From: Trichoplax sp. H2
Lineage: Eukaryota
Reading direction: 5' to 3'
DNA length: 47,509 nucleotides
Assembly (NCBI GenBank): GCA_003344405.1
Contig: NOWV01000119.1
Coordinates: forward strand, 186,001 to 233,509
Shown here: piece after piece, positions 37,118 to 47,509 of the stretch
Layout: each line of letters opens with the position of its first letter
Numbering within the stretch: position 1 is the stretch's first letter
Translations under genes and position numbers: made by a program
Notes under the pieces: model-generated
Seen by the model: the letters and a program-made list of their open reading frames with translations, nothing else
Databases searched by the model: none
What the model was told of the DNA's origin: nothing

Positions 37118-38589
37118 CTAAGATCTATATCCACAGTTTCTGCGCCTACCGCGAGCTCTTTCAAATTTAGGCCCTTTGCTTCGTACATAGGGTCTAATAA
37201 AAATAATCAAAATGTTAGTAACAAGTTTATCTGCATTCAGAGCAAGTACACCATATTACAGGTCATGAGCTCGTCTTAAAGCCTTTTAATTCTTTTAGTA
37301 AAATACTATTTACTGCATCTAGTTCTTTACACTTACTTAGCGTGACTGTGAGGTACACCAGGTGCAGGTCCGAAATGTTTCTGGGCTTCTCTGGCATGCC
37401 GAGGTCCTATTGATAAGATCACAAGGGATTAATATCGACGTCCACAGATGCTACTTAGTAAAGTAGTATATACTCATATCGATTCATTACGATAATTGCA
37501 TAGTATTTCAATACCTTGCAATAACACGGTATTTTGTCCTTTAGGCGCACGCAAAGCGAGTTGGTCAAAAGTTAAGATCTCTCCGCCAGCTTTGAGTATA
37601 CGCTCACGAGCACCTTCCGTCACATGTAAAGCACATATCTAATCCAGAAATAATCCAATTTGGAACATAAAAAATCTCCATTAGTTAAAGTAGTCCTTAT
37701 CTGAAATTCATAATATCCAATGGAACGCCGATCCATTAAACTACCACTAACCTTCATTTTTGGTAAATTTAATACGCGAATATCATTGGTAACCGTTCCC
37801 ACAACAACAGTGATCTTGTTACTATCATACGATTTCATTTTACGAAGCTAAATACAGGAATAGTCAGTTCACATGAGGAAAAGTCTCTAATATTACTTGA
37901 TGCAGTATTGGTACGAAATATACGTCAAATCGACCAAAAGAAATAATATCATTTACAGAGTATATTACAACATACAATTCTGGCTATTGAAATAGGTGCA
38001 CGATGTCTTCTACTCATGAACAGACGCTTAAGAACAACTTTGTTAAACGGAGATTCCGTACGTCGAGCCAAGAATCGGTACAACTATTCAATTAAGCATA
38101 GAAAAATTGAATACATTCATACAAGTTATACATTTCTATGATTACTTGCAGTGATAATTTGATGTACTAACACTAGAAGAAAATGGACGAAATCATTGGA
38201 AAACTTTAACTACAACATGGAAATAGAAAACGACTGTATCTACTAAAGTACGACACACTCAACCGCTATCAAACTAATCGTTTGTCGCACTGTAACAGAA
38301 TATATTATGAATAAATCCACTAGTGAAATATTGACATCCTTTAAATCCTAGACGGTGTAACGTCGATGGAATGCTTACCTTGACTAGCAATCGTATGTAA
38401 ACGTTGTTGCTTTGTGGTTCTTTTCGAACCGTTTTCTTAAACTTGTTATGATCGAGATCGACACCCTATCGTGGTTTATAACAAGAACGTCAATAGTCTG
38501 ACTAAATTGATTCAGTACAAGTAGTATTTTAATAAGGATTGAAGGGATAAATTGTAGATACTATTTAACGATCACGCTGTACTCACCAT
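37118..38589 (-). CDS. RPL18: 60S ribosomal protein L18 (eL18)
   Basis: ATG-only first coding exon (38587-38589), [87 protein letters not shown]; stop at 37118-37120. Confidence 0.97.
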
Positions 38590-38609
38590 CTTTTTCGACC
38601 TGCTAAGCT

Positions 38610-38618
38610 AGAAGAAAG
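38610..38618 (-). promoter_or_regulatory. Candidate TCT/5'TOP pyrimidine initiator of RPL18
   Basis: The minus strand reads CTTTCTTCT about 25 nt before the ATG, as is typical of ribosomal protein genes. Confidence 0.55.
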
Positions 38619-38702
38619 CCACTTTCCCAGAAACCACTGCTTTATGGCATCGCATTTTTGGGCAGGCGCAGTACTGACCATAGCCGGACCACCTCCATGG
38701 CT

Positions 38703-38970
38703 GCTACAGTACAATATACTGTACACAGCCCTATTAGGTACATACTGTACTGTACTCCATGCATAAGAGATCCTGTACTACAGTACTGTATACTGTACTG
38801 TACAGTCCTTGCGGTACACTGGTACTGTACTGTACAGTCCATGTCATGCAGTTCCAGTTAGACCTGACTTCCAGTACGCTCGTGAGCACAGTACGGTACA
38901 TACAGTACTGTGCTTCAGCGTAAATATGAGCATGTGCAGTATGTCCACTTTTCTATCTACGGTACAGTAT
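38703..38970. repeat. TACAG/TACTG-rich tract upstream of RPL18
   Basis: Dense TACAGTAC/TACTGTAC words. Confidence 0.75.
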
Positions 38971-39079
38971 TACGTTCATTGATGACATTTTGGGTAAAAT
39001 TACATTTCTAAATCTTAGAATTATACTACAAGTGTAAGGGTCTCTAGGGTACACTGTGCAGTATAGAAACATAAATAAG

Positions 39080-39464
39080 TAACGGAAACTCATTTTCTAG
39101 GGATATCAATATTGTAACAGTATGAATTAATTAATTGATTAACGTATATTCGTATACAATTAATTTTTATTTATTTCCCTTGATGCACACTATAACCCAA
39201 GATTAAATACCATTTAAACATCTTATGTTTAATTTGGTATACAGTATGATTATATCCGTTGTGCTTCCTTTACTTAACGGAAACTCATTTTCTAGGGATA
39301 CCAATATTGTAACAGTATGAATTAACTAATTGATTAATGTATATTCGTATATAATTTTTATTTATTTCCCTTGATGCACGCTTTAACCCAAGATTAAATA
39401 CCATTTAAACATCTTATGTTTAACTTGGTATACAGTAGGATTGTATCCGTTGTGCTTTCTTTAC
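39080..39464. repeat. Near-identical tandem duplication, 2 x ~195 bp
   Basis: TAACGGAAACTCATTTTCTAGGGATA... at 39080 and 39275. Confidence 0.92.
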
Positions 39465-40363
39465 ATTAACATAAACTAGCATCAAGATTACAATAAGTTA
39501 TATGCTTAATCTATTTGCAGAATCCTTTTAGTTGGGAAATAAATCCAACGATCGACAACAATATCCAAACATCGAAACCATTTAATGACAGAAGTTCATT
39601 GTTATACCGGTGGTAATTCTGCTAAGGCATATGTATCGTCTAGCAAATCTGCCCGATAAATGATACAATTAGCTACAGTATTTCCAACTTACGAATTGGA
39701 TAATGAAATTGGTAAAGTAATCCTATAATCCTATACATAAAATAAATTTACCATTAAGATACAAACGTTTGATTCAATGCTAGAACATTGTCTTAGATGC
39801 TCATACATTGAGTCTACAAACGCCGTACATTTTTTCCATAAGCGATACATGAATGCACGCATATATAACAGAGACTACCAAGTACATACTGTGTCAGGAA
39901 TCATCTTCGATATATCGTATTCAACTACTTTTTAAACAGTACATATTACAATGCTTTAAACCATAAAGCACATTACACTAAGTGAAATACTAGTCATAAT
40001 AAGCTATATGCTAGAAATTTTATTTCCAAATTCTGTACATCAAAGTTAGAGGTACGGTTATAAAATAGAAACATTTACAAATTCTTACTGCCTCAAATAC
40101 AGAGAATATTACAGGCTATAGTACACCTGAAAAATAATATACTTGCAGCTGTATTTTCGCTTATTCCACAAAGTTAAAAGCTTTACAAAATTGCAATTAG
40201 CACACTAGCAAGCAAATAATTCAGAATAAGCAATTCACACGCAGTATAATTACAGAATTTATTATTGCATTGCATTGATAATTAAATGGATAAAAAAGAT
40301 CAAGTGAGTAAAGGCTAAAATTTCCTTCCAAAACGGTTCACTGGCTGTACTCCATGGAATGTA

Positions 40364-43300
40364 TTATTTATTTCCTATCATAAAAAAATTCTGTATCACA
40401 CATGCTGCTCTAAATTTAAATTTCTACTAATAAAAGTGAAAGATATAAATGATTACAGTACAAAGTTACGGTCATGATCCAAACATAGAAATTCTACAAC
40501 GTAATTTAATAACTGTTTTTACCAATTTGGAACCATCTTGGAACCTTTCTATCTTTGTTATCTTTATTTCGTGTTTGTTGTTGTTTTTCGTTAGTTTCTA
40601 CTCCTTTCTTGATATTATCTGCTCTAGATTTTTCACTAATTTTACTAGATGCTGCATCTAATCCACTATCACTTGCTTGAGTTTTTCTGCTTTAGTAATA
40701 GGAATAAAATAAATAACGATATTTCAGAGCAAGTCCAAAAGGAATACAAAAAAGGAAGAAAACAGAATAGTTAATGTTGTAGACAATATATAACAGCATC
40801 ATCCAACTATATGAATAACCTAATGTCCACATCTCTTAACAGACCAGGAGAGTTTGGATTTACGCGCATATCAAGGTACTGCGGGGCTAAATAACTATCT
40901 ACAATTTAATGAGTCAAATATTTAGGCAACACAGAATTTAAAGTTTAAAGCATAGCTCATTTACCTAGCTTCGTATCACATCCAACATGAATGATAGCCT
41001 TAGGAACCAGCCCAGCCTAAATATTTTTGGTTACTATAACATTTCATTGCATTGGGCGCTGATAATCGAAAGTGATATAGCTTTACCTGATATAATCTCA
41101 TATCCTTTTTATTTAAAATCCTTTTTGGTGGTGCAGTATCTAAATTTATGATAAAAGTATATTTAATTCCCAGATACTATAAAATCCAATGACAATACAG
41201 AAGCGTTGTAACACCTGTATGATTGCCCTCACAGTTGCCTTACTTCATTTAAGCAAATATTAATTTGGTATAACAACGAACTTACATAAATAGAACGGCA
41301 TGTTTACATCATTCAGTGTTGATTTTACAAATTTTTCAACTTCAGTTACTAGATCCGATAAAGTATCAAGCGAATGAGTACGCAACACATATTCCACTTG
41401 AAATATTTAAATATAACACATTCATTAAAGGTTAAAATGTATAAAACTGGTTATAATTATCTTAGCATATTGTCAAGTATACTATATAGTCTTGTATAAC
41501 GTTCATGTATAGTTTCTCAGACTATCTTTCCTGATCCACTAATGCAATAATTAAACTTACATTTTGCAGAAACTTTAAAAAACGCCTGTATCACAAACTT
41601 ATCTGGAAAGTAGAAACGAATTGCTGCCTGAAATCATATAAATATCTGTCATGACGAAAGTGTTTGAAGTCAAAGTGTCATTACGAATCGAAATAGTACA
41701 GTTGAAATATCTTCAAAATTTATTATGCTATTAACTGGTATTCACGTATACCTTATCGTAAATTTGAGCACTTTCCAAAGCTCTTTTATCTCGTAAATCC
41801 TTAGTCATAAGAATCTGCTGATCTTTGTTCGAGTAATGAGATCTGAGGTAATATTTGAGTGTACCAAGATTGCATAACTTAGTTAAAACTTAATTTACAT
41901 TTATAAAATATATCAGGCTTTGTCCCATATTTACATACAAGTCACGTTACAAGTAAAGAGTATTCTTAAATTTTAAATATCCACATACTTGGTATAATGT
42001 AATCCTTGAAGCATTTGTTTAATGTCATCAACGGAAACATCATAGAAATCGTCAGAATATACCTCTGAATTCATAAGTTAATTATGTGTTGGTAAATTAA
42101 TAAGCCAATCTACTGTATGTTCGGTTGCAGTACAATGTCAAAATCTTACAGAGCTATGATAATAACACGTTCGTAACCTCTTAACCAAATATTTACTATA
42201 ATTTTTTGATATCAGCAAAATATCTACACTAACCAGAATCGATTTCAAAACCTTCAATGTCATCTAGGTGGTAAACCACTGGACAAAGGTCTACGTCCTA
42301 GAGTTCGAAAAATAAGATCATACTCATAAAAAAGTTGCTCTTTCCAACAGATTTACCTTCACTCCTAATACAACGACGAAACTTACTTTGTTCATGTCTC
42401 CAGAGTTGCCATCTTTTCCAAGTATGTTATCATCATCGATCTTTCGGCGTTTTACGTCTTCATCTGTGAGAATAAGGTATCAATGTCTAAAATTAATAAC
42501 GTAAATGACTTCCACATTGAAACGCAATATTAAATTAATCAGCTATCACTATTGCTGTAATTATATCAAGTGGCATAGATCTAGAAATATAGAATCTCAT
42601 ACCAGGCTCGCCTTCGGTCACCCATTTCTTCTAAATAGGTTATAAAATAATAAAAATGCCATTTAAAAATCCTGAAAGAGATTAATAATCGGCTGTGCAA
42701 TAGTCTGAGTAAAAAACTGTTAATTCATCTATTTATGTAATGACTGTAGTCAAACATAGAAAGATTCTACTATTGCAAATTTATAAGCCGCTAGATCGAA
42801 ACTCTACATGCTAGCATTACATACAGATAGATATCTAAACAAATGATTTATTGCTGTAAAACCAAGTTTCAACTACAAGACTATACTTTGATAGGATTAT
42901 CATTTACAGGCTCCCCAATGTCTGATTGAGAGTTCTCTTTTGATTCGATCGGAGCTGGCACAGTTTCCATCGGTAATGGAATGTCGGGTGCATGAGAAGC
43001 GCCTGAATTAGTATCGCTGTCAACTACATTAGAAGTGAATTCTTGAGGAGTTATTTCCGAAAGTTGATGATCATCGGCCGGATGAGACAGCGTTATTCTT
43101 GAACCTTGGTAGTACAATTAAGATTTCGCTTAGTTCAATTAGTTTAAAATAATTACAAATGCTAATTTAAATTTTACTACCTGAAACTTCAATATTTGCA
43201 GCTGGCAGATTTGAAGGAACTTTCGTGAATCTCTCTTCTACATTGATCTGACTTGTTTCTATGGTTGTTCTCTCCTCCTCTGCACTTGGTTCAGATGGCA

Positions 43301-45177
43301 CAGAGACGGTATTAGTCATATTAAAGGTCCTTTCCACTTCAGAATCAAGCTCACGGTTATCTTCGTCCTGACCATCTCGATAATGTAATCTAAAGTAAGA
43401 TGAAGAAATTTGCTTTAAAATCGTTCATGAAGGTCAAAATAAGTAGTTTCATCCGGCAATACCTGATAATCGCTCTTCCGCTATCCAAGCCCAACGATCT
43501 CAAAAATGTTCGTTGTAAGGCATTTCGACCAGAGATCTAAAGATAAATGTACAGCGAAATGATTACCAAATTGAAAACAAAATCTGTACTAGAAACAATT
43601 AGAATCTGAGTTCACCTCTTGGTGCATGTAAACACACGAGATAACTTTGTTTGCTTCTGTTGTAAGTAGTGAGGGCAAATTCTTTCTAAAAAATAGGTCA
43701 TAGTCAATCAATTACTTTTAAGACTTGAATTTCTGTAAAAAATCAGTAAGATTTGAAGCTATTTGTAGTAATACTTTAGCAGCAATATGCAGTGAGCAAG
43801 AATACCTGGAATACTGATTCTCCCAGTACTGTATAATATCCCACAATGATGTTGAAGCTGGAAAGGAATGTTGTAGCCTCGATCCATCACCAACTTGCAA
43901 GGCAACCGTAATTTCGTTATCTAAGAGTATGTTAGCATGTTAGTCAATAGCTATGATTAACCGAGCCAATTGGTATGCATGCATATATTGTGCCATTCAA
44001 AGGTTAGTAGCAGTGGTATCATCTAGATAAGAGAACTTGTCACCATTTCGTACTACTACCGAAGCAGGTCATCATTTAATATTTTGATTCATGCTTGTTG
44101 TTTTCCATTGAATGGTATAGAATTATTTAACTTTTGTTGTTCTATTTTAACACATGGAATTAACATACAGGTAGCAATGTACTGTAGTACTGTACTATAG
44201 AATGCATTGAAAGTGGTACCAGTATTGACTTATTTACCAGTTTTAGGCTTATCCAGCTTAATTAATTCAAGTGAGACATTATTAGGTAGATTAGCGTGTA
44301 GAAAAGTAATGGATTCTTGCAAGAGTTTCCTTTGATATCTGTCCAATAGGTAAGAAAGTCATGATCATCGTCAACATTTTTAGCACAAAAAATACAGAAA
44401 AAGGACAATGACTGATAAAATTCCATTGAGGGGAATAATTACTATATACGCAATCTAAGTATGTTTGTAGAAAAAGATTTGGATACACTAACAATCTGGC
44501 GTTTATTGCGAGAGGAGGTATTCTACTAGCGCGCAACATCTCTTCCATTTAGCAATCACTATTCTACTATTTAACAGCTCAGTGCACACAGATAGAAAGT
44601 TATTTATTCAGAACAACAAGTTACCTTAGTGAGTAGAATGACGAATTTAGCTTTTCTTTAAGGCAAATGTTGTCGACAATCTGTTACCCATAAATACAAA
44701 ATCAATGATGAGAATGGATAGACAAGGGTCCATTTTAATGTGGTTGTCAACATGCGTAAGCATGATTAACGTTAGAGAATGATATCATTATCTATTGTCA
44801 AGTTAATGGAAACATGCTAATCACGGCTAGATAGCAGTAAACTCCTGTTTTCCCTTTTCGATTCTGTGTTGAAAAATAAACAACATGCACACTTTGAAAC
44901 TTCATTAACGTGGCTATCCATTCGTCAAGTCGATTTAATCCAATTTGCTCACAATATTAATTACTTCGATGTCAACCATGTCCAATCAATACAACGTCGA
45001 CATTGACGAAACACTTAATGATATAATTGTTTTAGGATAAGAAAGTTTCATTGTGATATTCAGTCTATTTGTTTATTTCAAAGAGTGTCTTACTTCAGCA
45101 ATAGTGGTATTAGTCTTGACTTTGATGGATTTTCTTCTTGCATTAGGCAATAAGATCACGACTGATTTAGTAGCCAT
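40364..45177 (-). CDS. ASPSCR1: Tether containing UBX domain for GLUT4 (TUG/UBXN9), multi-exon
   Basis: MATKSVVILLPNARRKSIKVKTNTT (UBL1), RYANLPNNVSLEL, VALQVGDGSRLQHSF, LRSLGLDSGRAII, SDDFYDVSVDD, AIRFYFPDKFVIQAFF, TAPPKRIL, KVPRWFQIG. The 3' end is either a spliced GNK* (40364) or read-through (~40506). Confidence 0.88.
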
Positions 45178-45427
45178 GTTATTCTTTCTTGCCAAATGAA
45201 TCGATTGAATGAAATACTTTGGGTAGACTAGGGTAATCCATTGACTCTAAGGCTTACGCTACACTCTACAAGTGGTGTATCAAACAGTACCCCATAGTAT
45301 ATCGCAATGCTAGAGATTGGCCTGTCATCATTGACTCAGCGGTCTACAGTACAGTTCGAGCACCATACAGTACAGTGTTGACAGTACATTATACTGTAGA
45401 TGCAGTACAATGTATTGTACTCTCCAG

Positions 45428-46608
45428 TCATCTTCTTCATCAGCACCATGGAGATACGGAATAATGAAAGCAAAATGGAGTTTTCTTCCATTTTGTCATT
45501 CATTATTTTTGTGTTCTTCGTTAGTACCATAGCAAAGCAAAATGTTGTTTCATTTTGTCATTCATTCTTACTGTGTTCTTCGTCAGCACCGTAGCAAAGC
45601 AAAATGTTGTTTCATTTTGTCGTTTATTCTTACTGTGTTCTTCGTCAGCACCGTAGCAAAGCAAGATACAGTTTCATTTTGTCATTCATTTTTACTGTGT
45701 TCTTCGTCAGCACCATAGCAAAGCAAAATGTTGTTTCATTTTGTCGTTCATTCTTACTGTGTTCTTCATCAGCACCATAGCAAAGCAAAATGTTGTTTCA
45801 TTTTGTCGTTCATTCTTACTGTGTTCTTCATCAGCACCGTAGCTAAGCAAAATGTTGTTTCATTTTGTCGTTTATTCTTACTGTGTTCTTCGTCAGCACC
45901 GTAGCAAAGCAAGATACAGTTTCATTTTGTCATTCATTTTTACTGTGTTCTTCATCAGCACCATAGCAAAGCAAAATTTAGTTTCATTCTTACTGTGTTC
46001 TTCATCGCCACCATAGAGATATAGGATAATGAAAGCAAAATGTACTTTCTTCCATTTTGTCATTCATTCTTACCGTGTCCTTCATCAGTACCATCGAAAA
46101 GCAAAATGTACTTTCTTCCATTTTGTCATTCATTCTTACTGGGTTCTTCATCAGTACCATAGAAATACTGGATAATGAAAGCAAAATATATTTTCTTCCA
46201 CTTTGTCATTTATTCTTGCTGTGTTCTTCATCAGCACTGTAGAAAAGCAAAATATAGTTTCATTTTGTCATTCATTCTTACTGTATTCTTCGTCAGCACC
46301 ATAAAAAAGCAAAATGCAGTTTCATTTTGTCATTCATTCTTACTGTGTTCTTCATCAGCACCATAGCAAAGCAAATCGTAGTTTCATTCTTACTGTGTTC
46401 TTCATCGTCACCTTAGAGATACTGGATAATGAAAGCAAATGTAGTTTCTTCCATTTTGTCATTCATTCTTACTGTGTTCTCCATCAGCGCCATAGAGATA
46501 CTGGATAATGAAAGCAAAATGCACTTTCTTTGAATTTGTGATTCATTCTTACTGTATTCTTCATCAGCACCACTACATTTCTTTCATTTTGTGATTCATT
46601 CTTACTGC
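45428..46608. repeat. Satellite, ~18 copies of a ~62-bp unit with 49-, 66- and 80-bp variants
   Basis: Unit TTTCATTTTGTCATTCATTCTTACTGTGTTCTTCATCAGCACCATAGCAAAGCAAAATGTWG; a period of 62 is seen at 45541/45603/45665/45727. Confidence 0.95.
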
Positions 46609-47051
46609 ACACTGTACAGTAAAAGGTCCATCAAAATGCTATGTCTCACTCCGAAATCCGATTAAAAAATATTTCTTCTCTAAAAACTGATCCGACTCGG
46701 AACGACAAATCTGACGAATTGGCATTTCATAGCACATCTTGCTGTGCTGGAGCTGTGCTAAAACTGCTAATTTATTATTTCGATCTTTCCTTCTCAATTT
46801 CATGTTAGGCAGACGCGCCAATGGTTCACTACGTCAATTGAGCTAAAATGCCGATAATACAGTAGAATAGTATACACATTGATCATAGAATTATCTGTAG
46901 GATAAAAAGTAGAGATGGAACGATTATATCAGCACAGAATTTCATATTTAAAGAGTAATCCTACTTAATATTAGGTTACAAGGTAGTTTTACTCGATCAA
47001 CCAAGGTACAGTAGAGTATACTCAGTTTATATGATCTCCTTGTGTCACAAC

Positions 47052-47206
47052 TAGGGACTACGTAACTAAAAATTCTCCTCTCAAAGCCGTAACTCAAAAA
47101 TTTTCTCTTATACTAAAAATATACGGGACTGGCAACGAATCTACAGTATTAACAAGTCCCGTATATTTTTAATATAGGAGAACATTTTTGAGTTGAGTAG
47201 TCCCTA
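47052..47206. mobile_element. hAT-type MITE, 155 bp
   Basis: TIR TAGGGACTAC...GTAGTCCCTA, extended internal palindrome (AAAAATATACGGGACT/AGTCCCGTATATTTTT), and a perfect 8-bp TSD GTCACAAC at 47044-47051 and 47207-47214. Confidence 0.85.
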
Positions 47207-47217
47207 GTCACAACTTA

Positions 47218-47267
47218 NNNNNNNNNNNNNNNNNNNNNNNNNNNNNNNNNNNNNNNNNNNNNNNNNN
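47218..47267. other. Assembly gap (50 N)
   Basis: Run of N. Confidence 1.
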
Positions 47268-47509
47268 CTTCTACAACGAACTAACAGAATAATCTAAAGT
47301 TGCATGCTTTTATACTTTTCGTAGCATTCGCAGCTACAATCCGCATGGCAACCTTTTACCTTATTTTACAGATAGTTAAATTATTCTTAGTAAGACTATT
47401 CTACTGCGGACCATCATTAATCCAATATGGATACGACTACAGTACTTACGTAGACATTATTCACACCAGCCAAAGTACAATGAATTAACCATATCCTAAT
47501 ATATGATTT

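Noticed and set aside
45428-46608. CRISPR array or repetitive protein (ORFs 45336-46508)
   Set aside because: Contiguous units with no spacers; the 62-bp period breaks the reading frame.
46639-46821. 60-aa minus-strand ORF and 47300-47488 ORF
   Set aside because: No recognisable homology or supportable splice structure.

Overview
AT-rich (roughly one-third GC), gene-dense eukaryotic DNA with short GT-AG introns. It looks like a compact early-branching animal genome (placozoan/Trichoplax-like; the taxon is inferred, not verified). Genes in order: intronless Kir channel (+), ZIP11 (+), phosphomannomutase (-), an SDS22-type LRR protein (+), an intronless bacterial-type RsmE rRNA methyltransferase (-), two tandem SLC25A17/PMP34 paralogs (-), LSM11 (+), RPL18 (-) and ASPSCR1/TUG (-). 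Non-coding structure includes a foldback-like element with long inverted ends around a palindromic tandem array, TACAGTA/TACTGTA tracts at gene 5' ends, a 356-bp solo-LTR-like insertion seen in both filled and empty form across an assembly gap, a hAT MITE with an 8-bp TSD, two 24-25-bp related micro-elements, several local tandem duplications and a ~62-bp satellite. The strongest novelty candidates are the probable horizontally acquired rsmE and the promoter-associated TACAGTA tracts. Most short ORFs in the supplied track are exon fragments or repeat artefacts. Exon boundaries were read by eye.
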